A stretch of DNA of 64,000 nt from the NCBI RefSeq assembly GCF_020745735.1, contig NC_083412.1:59424320-59488319 (forward strand). The letters run 5' to 3'. A program made the translations under genes and the position numbers. Below the pieces are notes generated by a model. The model was not told the origin of the DNA. It saw nothing but the letters and a program-made list of their open reading frames with translations, and ran no database searches. The stretch comes from Hemiscyllium ocellatum. Taxonomy: Eukaryota. Of the stretch, positions 14,451 to 25,999 are shown piece by piece; position 1 is the first letter of the stretch; the number at the start of each line of letters is the position of its first letter.

Positions 14451-16211
14451 GTCTTTGACTTCTTCTCTCTGTGCCACTATCTTCTCTCAGATACCTCAGA
14501 CTCACTCTACTTCAACTGCCATACCTACCTTCCAACAAGGCTCATGTTCTACAGCTCTTATTGTTACCTGCAACATCTTCCCTCACTTGCTCTTACCCAC
14601 TCAAACCCACACCACCACAAACCCTGCATGTCCTCTGCACTGCCTACTGTCTTGGTTGGGAGATCTGCCAACCTACACCAGATGTAATGCGTGTACCACC
14701 TATTTCATTTCCCTTAACACCAGTCCCTCTCAAGGAAACCTTCCCTCCAATTTGAAGACAGCATCCTAACTCTGATTGTATTGCATGGCTGATTGACCAT
14801 GTCCAGCACCTAGCTTGCTATTGAAAGCTGGCCTTGACTTACTTGTTGAGACCCTGCAATCGAAGGCTTTGACCTGACTGAGGACTACTAACAAGCATAA
14901 CAGGTTTCTTGGCTTTGTGCCTGCACTAAACAGCACTGCAAGCCAGCAGTACTGATAACCTGGTGTCTCTCATTGAGAGGGTAAAGCTCAAAAACTCAAG
15001 GCGAGGCAGGGATAACTTTGAGTTTCAAGATAGGCTCAAGGAGAGTGAGCACTATGAGAAGAGTGTGCAAACAGCTGTAAATGCAAGTCCATGAGCTGGG
15101 TTCTGTGTTTCTGAGTGTAGAGTGGCCTTGCTGCAACATTACAATGATAGTTGCTGTTTTGCCTCAAGGTGCATATTGACGCACACTAACAAACAGTAAG
15201 TGGATTGGATATATGTCATGAAAGTCCCAGAGGCATATGTCCTTTGACATGGGATGTATATGACCAGTTCCTATAAAGTGCACCCTGAAATGAGAGGCCC
15301 TTAACAGTCCATGGCAAGCTAATGTTACTAGATACTTGGTCTGATTTTCATATTGAGATTTACCAGCATCAAATTTGCTTGCCGTGGAAGGTAGGATGGA
15401 AACATACATAATAATGAGGTGAGATGTGTATTTAATAAAGTCGTTAACAAACAATAATCCCCCACTACAGGCAATCACTGATCCTGAGTGAGAATATCAC
15501 CTCAATGCCTGAATCTGATTTAAAAGATGCATCAGGTTACTCCCAATATTGAGATAGGCCTCACTGGATTTATTGTGCAATTCTGCCACATTTCTTACAA
15601 TGGCCCAGATGATTCAGGCTGCTGTAAGATTCAGGCCCATGTCTCGCTTTCAATGTGGTTCTGTGATTGGACAGTATTTCTTGAACATTCCCAATTACTT
15701 GAAGATTACACAAACAACCACTCTAAAATTATCAATCAGCCTTGCAATGTGGTTCACTGCTATTTGTTAAAATAGAATGACCTGTCCTTTGTAAGCAGAA
15801 AACAAATGTCCAGTCATTGTGTTTTTTTTAATTAAATGGGGACTATGATGTCCTTGGTCACTCTTCACAACAATGCTTCTACCAATCAGAATTGATTTGG
15901 CAGCCAATCAGCACCACTTGCTCATGAAGTATAAATTATTACTCTCTTTGAAGTTTGGCATACTTGTATTTGTCCTGGTGAGTGCCTGTCTCAATTTGTA
16001 TTCAGCAATTCTCAAATTCTTTACTACTAAGGAACCAATTTAGTTGCAACAACAAAACTGAGGCAAGAGGTCAAGTTGCAAAGTATGGCAAAATTTTTGC
16101 TTTACATGTATTCAATCTCCTTCCATGCCATATCGAACCATGCAAGGTTACCAGCATAGGTTTCAGTTTATTTAGACTATGGTGTCTGTGCTAACTCTAT
16201 ATACACCATTT

Positions 16212-16490
16212 GGGTGGCATGGTGGCTCAGTGGTTAGCACTGCTGCCTCACAGCAATATAGGTCCTAAGTTCAATTCCAGCCTCAGGCTACTGTCTGTGT
16301 GGAGTTTGCACATTCTCCTTGTGTCTGTATGGGTTTCCTCCCACAGTCTAAAGATGTGCAGGTCAGGTGAATTGGTCATGCTAAATTGCCCATAGTGTTA
16401 GGCACATGAGTTGGTGGGTTACTTTCCAGAGGGTCAGTGTGGACTAGTTGGGCTGAAGGACCTATTTCCACATTGTAGATAATCCAATCT
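16212..16490 (+). mobile_element. tRNA-derived HE1/V-SINE
   Basis: A box GTGGCTCAGTGGTTAG, V-domain-like tgtgtggagtttgcacattctcc, CR1-like tail. Confidence 0.85.
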
Positions 16491-16999
16491 AAAGTTTTTA
16501 TTGCTTGCATATTCATCTTATACTTATTTACATTTTTCCTTTAAAAATACAATTACTCACAGTGACTAGGCATGCTACACTTTAATAACTTACTGTATAA
16601 TTATTTCTCTCCTAGCCTCTATTCATTCTCTTAGTTGTTATTTTAAATTGATTAATCTTTGTCGTTGGCTCTCCAACTAGACCAAATAGTCTTCCCCTAT
16701 TCTCCACATTAAAAGATTGATCATATAAAATTCTGTGAGCTAATTTCATGGCTTATTCTGTTCTGGTGTCATTAGTCCAAGTAACATTCAGTGCAGCAAA
16801 TCAGCTAGGGTGTTTCTTGCCAAAAACTAACCCCTAAAAGTATGTAATTTTATAAACATACATCACTGACCTGACCCTCCATGAATCAACTGATAACCAG
16901 TATTTTTGGAAATATTCTTTAAATTCTCAGAAATTCATGGACCAAATAGATTTTTCAACAGAATATTTGAATAAAAAGGGACATTACTGGAAACAATTT

Positions 17000-17100
17000 T
17001 AGTCAAGGAAGTGCGTTTTCTATTACAGAAGAGGAAATGAAATTAATGCAACAGTGTGGCTCAGTGACTTTGATTCATCCAAAACGTGTGGTTGTTTTTA
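17000..17100 (+). promoter_or_regulatory. Candidate lymphoid/haematopoietic promoter of the NCR3-like gene
   Basis: ETS site AGGAAGTG 17006-17013; ETS-IRF composite GGAAatGAAA 17033-17042; AP-1-like TGATTCA 17071-17077; RUNX TGTGGTT 17087-17093. All lie within 115 bp of the ATG. Confidence 0.6.
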
Positions 17101-17116
17101 TTACTGTGACCAAGGC

Positions 17117-17153
17117 ATGATGTTGACTGTTATGTTGCTTGTGTTTTCAATCA
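17117..17153 (+). CDS. NKp30/NCR3-like receptor exon 1: signal peptide
   Basis: ATG ATG TTG ACT GTT ATG TTG CTT GTG TTT TCA ATC A|GTGAGT = MMLTVMLLVFSI(S). Hydrophobic leader, consensus phase-1 donor, 116-bp intron to the V exon. Confidence 0.88.
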
Positions 17154-17269
17154 GTGAGTACATCGATTCTACTTTTAAGTAACATGCATGATTAATCATT
17201 TCGTATTGTGGCCGTCTTATTAGAATGGATCAATTTTTTTTTACTACCTACAAAATTGTGTTGTAATAG

Positions 17270-17620
17270 GTGCTGCCACTGAACTGAAGCTGCTACAATC
17301 TCCCTCATCACTGAGGCTGCAGGAAACCCATTCTGCCCGTTTCTTTTGCCTTCTACAACACAAAGGTAACGCAGTGAATGGCAGTTTCTATTGGCATCAC
17401 ATTAAAATAACATTTAGTGAATCGCAAGTGAGAAATATCAGTACTGAGGAAGGTGGTCGCATCACTTTCTTCAGTAGCAACGTGCCTAGTTTCCACAGCG
17501 TACTGATCATTGAAGACCTTCGTTATACTGACAGCGGTTTGTATTATTGTAACATGATCATTCATGGAGGTTCACATCCGAGAAAGATCACTGGCACTGG
17601 GACTCGCCTAATTATTCAAG
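17270..17620 (+). CDS. NCR3: NKp30/NCR3-like receptor exon 2: germline-joined VJ-type Ig domain
   Basis: AATELKLLQSPSSLRLQETHSARFFCLLQHKGNAVNGSFYWHHIKITFSESQVRNISTEEGGRITFFSSNVPSFHSVLIIEDLRYTDSGLYYCNMIIHGGSHPRKITGTGTRLIIQ. Has B-strand Cys, C-strand Trp, D.G.YYC and a J-like TGTGTRL. GS..W, QVRN....GRI and TGxGTRL parallel recalled human NKp30 (IGSVTW, EVRNGTPEFRGRL, TGNGTRLVV). AG acceptor 17268-69, GTAAG donor 17621. The Ig V call is near certain; the NCR3 orthology is inferred. Confidence 0.8.
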
Positions 17621-17975
17621 GTAAGGGAAAATACCTCGATGAAACTCCCTACAAGTTTGGGTTAGGCATTGAATTGGCTTCTAAAAAAGCACATTTTGTA
17701 CAGCTGAAAATCCTACGCTTGTTCTGTTTATGACCTATTAACATAAGACTGTGAGAAAGTCTGTAAACAAGCCGAAAAGAGCCCCCTCCAGGCTTTTCTG
17801 ACAGCGGTGTGGAACATTTTCCACTGTCTGGTGTTCTGCCCAGTCAGTTGAACAATCCTTTTTCAACACAGATGAAAGGCTTAACAGACAATCAATTTTT
17901 CAATGTATAATTTCAGTTACATTACACTGTAAATGTTTGCTATAAATTCTGTGTTACCATCGAGCCCTCCACAAT

Positions 17976-18012
17976 CACCTGATGAAGGACCGTCCGTCCG
18001 AAAGCTACTGTG
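17976..18012 (+). ncRNA. Hammerhead-like motif in a third pLTR family (element about 17840-18100, in NCR3-like intron 2)
   Basis: CAC-CTGATGA-A-GGAC CGTCC GTCC-GAAA-GCTA. Perfect stem II and AGCU palindrome. Confidence 0.55.
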
Positions 18013-20930
18013 CTTCCAATTAAACCTGTTGGACTATAACCTGGTGTTGTGTGATTTTTAACTTTGTACACCCCAGTCCAACACCGGCATTTCCAAATCA
18101 TTCGAATTTAACTGAGAGCCCTTTTTAATAAAATGTTTTAATCGTCCTGTTATAATACACCGCTGAAGGGGCTGAGACTTGAATTGAGGTGAAGCTCAAG
18201 TCACACTGTCACCCAGACCACAAGAGCCCGAAATAGCCCGTGATATTGTGTTCACATATAGATGACAAAACAGCCACAAAACTGAGCACAGAAAGGCATT
18301 TAGCAACCAACTTTGGGGAAATTGTTTCAGATGTAAGATGTAATTGTACACGCCATAGTGTGTTCCTTCTTAGAATTTCTACAACATTAAAGCGCAATTA
18401 AATTATAACAGCAGCAAATGTCCTTTGGTTGATATTTAAGAAATATACGCTGTTACAATAGTACTCAATGGTGGAAAGATTGCAGAAATACAGAAGACCA
18501 TCAGTTCTCTTTCTCTGCAGGAGCAGTCAGCCTTCCCTTTGCCTGTACCCCTGCCGTTTTTTTTGACCCACCCACAAAGTGATAATCTAAATACCTTTGG
18601 AAATTTGCTAACTTTTCAGAAAGTTTTCCTCTGGTCCCCACAGTTTTGGCCAATGGGAACTATCTCGACTCTGGACCCCTTGCGATGTTTCATACCTATC
18701 AAAATTCCTCTCAATCTTCTCTTTAAGGAGAACAATCCCAGGACCCAGATAAATTTTATAGGGATATGTATACAAATCCCACCATAGCAGATAGTCAAAT
18801 TTGGATCAATAAAAATCTAAAATTTTAAAACAAGCCAACTTAATGATGAGTAACGGTGACTGTCAATTATTGTAAATATCTATCCAGTTCACTTATGTAT
18901 TTTAGGGAAGGAAACTGCTGTCCTTATCTGATCTAGCATACATGTGGTTCCAGACACAGAAATAAGGTTAACTCTTAACTGCCCAGTGACAATTAAGAAT
19001 GGACAATAAATGCTGGCTGAGCCAGTTACATCCACATCCATGAATGAGCTAACAACAAAAAATGTCCCTTGGCATTCCACTAACGCAGCCTGGAACATGC
19101 ACACACTTACTGCCAATGAATGATGCACATTGTCCCTTGGTATTAATGCTGAGGAATCCTTTAACTCTATCACCACTTTATCACCCTTCTTCATGTTTTA
19201 CCATCAAAAAGGGCGACTCATAACCATGCCTTCAAGTGTCAGTATTTATATTATATTTGGAAAACATTATTACATGACAAAGCTGTAACAAGGAGAAAAT
19301 GCAATTTCAATGCTCAGCCTAATAGAGTAGCCTTTGCCCTTGGCTGATTCTATTTGATCCACTCTTTGTAGACTGAAAGGAGGTGGAAGCATTCTATTGA
19401 CTTGTCTTAGCTGAGACATCTGCAGTGGTTAACCTCATCATGGATGTACAGACGGGGGAATCGCCAGAGGACGCTGCTTTTGAATCATTGCAAGGCAAGC
19501 TTCCTCATCCTGGCTCTGCTGCACAAACGCAAAGGCAGTCACCTCACAAGGAATGCCACATGGTTTCTCCCTGGTGACACTCTCACTTCTTGGTGTGCAC
19601 TCTGATGTCTGGATGGGAGTGCCAGCAGAGGCCCAACTGAGACCCTCTTGAAATATTAAGGTGCTGCCAATGCCACTGTCAATCTAGAAAACATGAGACT
19701 GCATCCTGTGGACAGCAGCACACAGTTCCTTTATGCATTGAAGGTGCTGCCACCAATGGCTCAATGTTGTAGGTGTACTAAATAAATGAATACAGGATTT
19801 CAGGAAAACAGGACTGCAATCATTTGTTTCAGACACATATGTGAAGGGAAAGCCTTAATAATGAAGCTTCAAGCTCAGTCTGTTGGCTGACAGAAAATCT
19901 TCAAGCTTTATACAGATTAAGCACTTATATTACAATCCCCACACTTTAAGATCCAAATGTCCCACTTTACCTTTGTTTTCCATAATCTTTCATAGGCATT
20001 GTCTGTTTGTTCACCTAAGGCCTCTGAAAATATGGCTTCGAGTCACTAACTTTGATAGTCTGAATGCATTTTTGTTATTCATTGCTTTACACATCTGTGC
20101 TTTGCTAGCTTTGTGTATTACTGACTGACTGCATGGCTAAAGCTTAACTCACTTAACCCTTTCACTCACCATATGGTTCACCAGTCTTTCATTGGAGAGG
20201 CTTATACATACACAGCCCTGAGCCATAACCATGCACATGAACCGGATGGATTCTTACACTTTCAGCTCCTGATCCTGCACAGCCTTGGGATACTGATGAA
20301 GGGTTCTGGCCCAAAACATTGAATTTCCTGTTCCTTGGATGCTGCCTGACCTGCTGTGCTTTAACCAGCAACACATTTTCAGCTTGGGATACTCAGACCA
20401 GTAACAGAAGTGTTTCTACATTTCACATCAGAAGCTGCATTCCTAGGACTTCGGAGGCTCTGCAGCTGCATATCTCAGCAAAGTTATGTTTGTCCTCCCT
20501 CCTTTGGGGGAATTGCCCACTTCTATTTCAGCAACATTCTGATGGCTGATTCATGCTCCTCACCCAAAGTCAGTGAGTGATCTAATTGCGTATGAGAATT
20601 CACTAAGATGAACGCAAACATGTACAGATTAGGTGGATTGGCCACGCTAAACTGCCTAGGAGAAAGTGAGGACTGCAGATGCTGGAGATCAGAGTCGAAG
20701 AGCTTGGTGCTGGAAAAGCGCAGCTGGTCAAGCAGCATCCGAGGAGCAGGAGAATAACCCGCTCATCATTCCTGATGCCCCAAACATCGATTCTCCTGCT
20801 CCTCGGATGCTGCCGGACCGGCCATGTTTTTCCAGCACCACACTCTTTGACCATGCTAAATTGCCACATAGTGCCCAGGAATCTGCAGGTTAGGTGGGTT
20901 AGCTCTTGTAAATGCAGGGTTAGATTAGAT

Positions 20931-21246
20931 TAGATTACTTACAGGGTAGAAACAGGCCCTTCAGCCCAACAAGTCCATACTGACCTACCGAAGCACAACC
21001 CACCCAGACCCATTCCCCTACATTTGCCCCTTCATCTAACACTACGGGCAACGTAGCATGGCCAATTCACCTAACCTGCACGTTTTTGGATTGTGGGAAG
21101 AAACCGGAGCACCCGGACGAAACCCACGCAGACACGGGGAGAATGTGCAAACTCCACACAGAGAGTCACCTGAGGCAGGAATTGAACCCAGATCTCTGGC
21201 GCTGTGAGGCAGCAGTGCTAACCAATCAATGTGCCATCGTGCCGCC
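20931..21246 (-). mobile_element. HE1/V-SINE
   Basis: Reverse complement of the same SINE consensus. Confidence 0.88.
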
Positions 21247-24200
21247 AAGGGCGGTCTGGGTGGGATGCTGAAAGTCAGTGCAGACTCAGTGAGCTAATTG
21301 ACCTCTATCTGCACTGTTGGGATTCTGCGATTATATCTGCAATGTACAGATGGTGCATTTGTAAGGTGTGATGGTGAGTGTTTGCTGATCATATTGGCTT
21401 ATTGATAGAGAGGGAGAGGTCTCCTTATGTGGACATTAACACCTGTGTGTGAGAAGAGATCATGAAATTTAGCATTGGAGAGTAGATATCTCTCTTGGAA
21501 TGAGGCTTTCCAAAGAAAATTGGTGTTTGGTGTGCAGCTGAGTATGTGGAGTACATTACAACTCCTAATAAGTGCAATGTCAATGTCAATGCCAATTTTT
21601 CCCTGACTGACATCTTCATTGTGTATGACTCTGACTCATACTCCCTCTTCTGTTGAGGTAATGATATGAAGATCGGTTACCCTACACCTCTTTGGGTACT
21701 CTCTTACGTTTCTGCTCATGGATGAAAGAGAGCGTGACAGAGCACTGTCAGTGGCAGCTGCTCCAGTTCATTGGGGTACATGAATCAATGATGGCACATC
21801 CTCAGCAACATTCTGAATGTGAGCCATTCTGAGCATTTCGTCGTGGCCAAGGCACATGGATTCTCCTGGTAAGGAGCAGCATGCACCCTCAGATTCCTCA
21901 AAGTCTGTCGGCTGCAGCAAAAATCCAGCCTCTATGTATTTCATTGTCCTGGGAGCTTTGGCTTTGATTGTCATACCTTTCCTTGTCAGGAGGGATGTAG
22001 CTTCACCTTATGTGATCCATGCCCTTTTTATATTAGTCCACTGTTCCTTTAAAGTTTTGCCTACCAATCTTCCACTACAATGTACTAGTGTGTGGCACCT
22101 GATGTAATCTCATGATTACCATCTTTGAACCTGGATTGTCCTCCTTGGACAAGGTTGAGAGGAGATGTGATAGAAGTTTTCAAGTCAGGAGGGGCTGAAT
22201 AGGGTTGAGAGGCAGAAACTGTTTCCATTGACAAAATAACCGAGAATTAAAGAACATTTAAGGTGAATGGTTAAAAAAAATGTAGAGTTTAGTGCGGAGT
22301 TATTCTTATAGTGAGTGGTGAGGATTTGAATGTATTGCTTGAAATGGTGGAAACATATTCAATCATGGCTTTTATAAAAGAATTGACAAGTAACTGAAAA
22401 GAAAAAAGTTCACAGAAAAAGAGCAGAAATTTGCAGTGAGACAGCATGGATACAAAGATCTTCTGTGCTGTAACCAATCTATGATTTAGTATTGATTTTG
22501 ATATTCATTATCCTACTTTTACAATTTAACTTAAAATAATATATCAAATATATAATTTTAATCATAAATGACCATAAAAACTCTACTAAGGTCTCCCCTT
22601 ACATGTTCTTTTCCTTGGCTAGAAATCAAAGCCTTTCCAAGTATTGTCTCAAATCCAGAATCCAGTTTCTAAAGATTAGCTTTCTGGTCATTTGTTTCAT
22701 GTGACATTTAGTACTTGATTCTCTCCCTTGTGCTTCTGCAACAAAGATTACACACAGTAGTTAATTTGTCATCTCACAATTACTTTGCACTGTTGGCCAT
22801 GACTCCCTCTAACATATATTCTAATGTTTGGGATGTAGGTCATAGGAGAAAGAGAGGACTGCAGATGCTAGAGATCAGAGCTTAAAAATGTGTTGCTTGT
22901 AAAGGGCAGCAGGTCAGGCAGCATCAAAGGAGCAGGTCAATCGACATTTCGGGCATAAACCCTTCTTCAGGAATGTATAGGTCATACTCTTAATTGATTT
23001 TTATTTGCCATTCCTCATTGGCTGGGCATGTTGACATGTTAAATATTCATGTAAAGCACAACAAGATGACACCATCTCATTTCCTCTGCCTGTTGCCATG
23101 GTGACCAGATTATAAAAAAGAATGTTCATGCCTTCATTTGGAAAGGACAACATTTGACTTGGGTTTGAAATCAAAGACAAAGTAGTTTTACTTACATTTC
23201 TCTACTCTGGGAAATATCATTTTGATGACAAGGTGGAGCAGGGGAAGTGGCCGGATGGGAGGGGCTGGGCAGTTGTCATGATGATGGCTATTTGTCAGCC
23301 TGAGGCCCACTGCAGGTAACAGGAATAGTTCCCAATTTCTTACTGCCTGGAATTGAAACTCATAGGTTACAGTATGTTGGAATTCATTACAGACATCTAG
23401 GAGGTGGGATGAGGATTGTAGGCAAAATGTTTGGGATTTAAAAAGCTGAGAAAGACACAGAGGATGGTTTAACTATGGAATGAGCTGCCAGAGGAGGTGC
23501 TGCAATCTGGTATAATCACAACGCTTAAAAGGCATCCGGATGGATGCACGAATAGGAAGAGTTTAGAGAGAAATGGGCCAAATGCTAACAAATGGGACTC
23601 AGTATGGACGAGTTGGACCCAAGATTCTGTTTCTGTGCTGTACAACTCTACAACATTATGACTGTACTTAGACTTCTATGATTGTTTTGGCTTTATCCAT
23701 GGAATTTGCAATAAAGCTTCTTTTTTTCTTTTGAGTTACTTTGTCTGGATAAATTTAGTTTGCCATTGTCCTGCTCATTTATAAATTTTATGCAAATTGC
23801 TCTGTATCGTTTTAGTCGCTTCTTTTGATGTGATTATGCCTTCTACTCATCAGCTTTGAACACTTTATATTAATAACTCCAATTCAAGTCATGCACATTA
23901 GAAGTAGTGGTGATTTCACCTTGGAAACATGGGACATCCCTTCCAGTGCTTCCACCAACCTACTCCCCTACACTTTGTGATCAGACCTCTGTGAAGATTT
24001 TGTTTGCCACATTAAATTTATTTCTTACATCAATTTCTAGGGTTGGATGTGAATGTCGCAAAATTTGGCAAAAGGAACAACCTAAGCTGCACCATTGTTC
24101 CTGAGGAATTCTGAGTATCTGTTGATAGATAGACCACTTTTTTAGATTAAACTTTAACAGATCATGCATTTCTTTATATTTATATATTGTGATTACTGCT

Positions 24201-25107
24201 GAAAGTTTGTTTCTTAATATTAACTTTCTTAAATCTAATTTTCACAGATGTGATGCACAAGTATAAATTCTATGAAAGTAGGTATTATATTATTATTATT
24301 TTTCACTTTCCGGTCAGAATTGCCAGTTGATAATTTAATTATGTCTCATCATAAGTGAAGGTGGGCAGGAATGAAAGAAATGCAATGAGACAAAAAGGAA
24401 CGTGCGTATTTGGAAAGGAAAGGAACTGACAGCAGTGAATCCTCACAAGATGACTCTGCAGAACTTGACAATTGTGTTAAAATTGTCAAGAACATCCAAA
24501 GAAATATTTTATTTTTATATTTTCCAAATGAAATATTATGCCTAGAAAAAATAAATAATATTCAAAGATGAGCCTTTAATTCCTTCCAATTCTTTCTGAA
24601 CTAGTTCTTGCAACTTGAATTATTTGTTAATTGCTCGAAGTTCTTTCAATGGAATGATTACCTACATCACCAAATGGCTGCTGTGCACTGCAGACATGAC
24701 GTCAGATATCAGCTGCCTGCAACAGGACAGGTTGCAAGAAATACTGGTGCATGAACCAATGCAATCATTACTATCTATATTGTATGCAATACCAACATCT
24801 GTAGCACATGTGCCACTGAAAAGGAGGCTGAGGAGACAAGAAAAGGCTGGGGCTTTGGCAGGAGCTGGGACAAAATCCATTGCCAGGAGCAGGAGCAGGA
24901 ATAGGGAGAGTCAGCCTCCATTCGTCTGTTCTATAAAATAGATTTTATGACACAAAGATCTGAAGGGATCTCTTATTTTCGCACCATATTTAAGACTGGC
25001 TGCTGATTTCCATCATTTATCAATGATTTAGGATTTCACTTTGTGATACACATCATATTTTCTTACAATTGAAGGATTATATTTTATTCAGACTGGTTAT
25101 GTTGCAG

Positions 25108-25205
25108 AAGCCAAGACCACGTTGGGCTCTTCCCTGTCAATCATCCGCTACATTTTGTTCGTTCTGCTCCTATGTTACTTTCTCCTCATTGAGAAATTCT
25201 ACTAA
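25108..25205 (+). CDS. NCR3: NKp30/NCR3-like receptor exon 3: stalk, Arg-containing TM, short tail
   Basis: Acceptor gttgcAG (25106-07), phase 1, in frame with the V exon: (E)AKTTLGSSLSIIRYILFVLLLCYFLLIEKFY*. The Arg sits 14 residues after the V domain (15 in recalled human NKp30, KEHPQLGAGTVLLLR). TAA 25203-05, AATAAA 25212-17, GTACGT donor 25219. Confidence 0.75.
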
Positions 25206-25999
25206 ACATGAAATAAAGGTACGTACATGCACCATATTCAAATGGCACCTTGCGTGTTCAGTGGTTTTCACTTGTTCATGCTAACTTGATTTTAAAATTG
25301 AGGAAAATACAGAAGTAGACTGTCTTTATTCTCCGACATGCTGTGTTATTTAATCCTATACTTCATTCTTCTTCATTAAATTTCCTCAATTATCTAGCTC
25401 TGCTAATGGTTAGAGTGGTCTTTCTTTGACAACATCCAGCTCTATCTCTCTGCCAATTTTTTTCAACCTTGTAACCTTCTCTATGTGATCAGACTGCTTT
25501 GTCTGACATTATAATGTGTGGTTCACAAATTCCTCGAGTTGAATATTTTAAGACTGGTGAATTCCCGTTGGTCTCTGACAATCAGGTTTAATTTATTTCT
25601 CTGATCAACCTGTTCACAAATGTTATTACACATCTCTGGAACAGATGGGACTTCAACCCAGGCCTCCAAGTTCGGGTGAAGGGACATTACCACTTAGCTA
25701 GAACAAAATCAGGTTTAATGAGACACATAATCATGTAAAACATTACCAATGCAAACTGCTAACCCTTCTGATCTCCAGAAAAAAATGACTGGAAGGTGGG
25801 ATGGTGCTCATAAGCTGAGTTTCTGTGCTTGTTTGACCTGTAGAGCACTGAATTTGCCCCCACTGAGGAGTTCAGTGAGAAAAGAAACCTCATCTCCCTC
25901 CACTGACCGTCTTTCCAAGAGGCCTTTCCACCAACAAATCCCCAGCAATAACTTTCAATATATGGAGCTGTCCTCCAATCTAACCAATGTGTAATTCCT

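Noticed and set aside
16212-16290. tRNA gene
   Set aside because: It is the tRNA-derived head of an HE1/V-SINE, with no full cloverleaf.
17374-17733. ORF-track 119-aa protein as a standalone gene
   Set aside because: It starts at an internal GTG and reads through the 17621 donor; it is part of the spliced V exon.
17560-17900. Rearranging Ig/TCR V segment
   Set aside because: The J-like GxGT strand is already joined in the same exon, no CACAGTG/nonamer RSS follows, and no C1 exon or J cluster was found.
18520-18790. Possible C-domain exon after a strong acceptor
   Set aside because: No Cys/Trp Ig pattern, an early stop in phase 1, and the - strand matches a CR1 3' end.
24248-24277. 30-nt phase 1-1 mini-exon (DVMHKYKFYE) as a hinge
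   Set aside because: The splice sites are plausible, but the direct V-to-TM join already reproduces NKp30 stalk length. Unsupported without RNA data.
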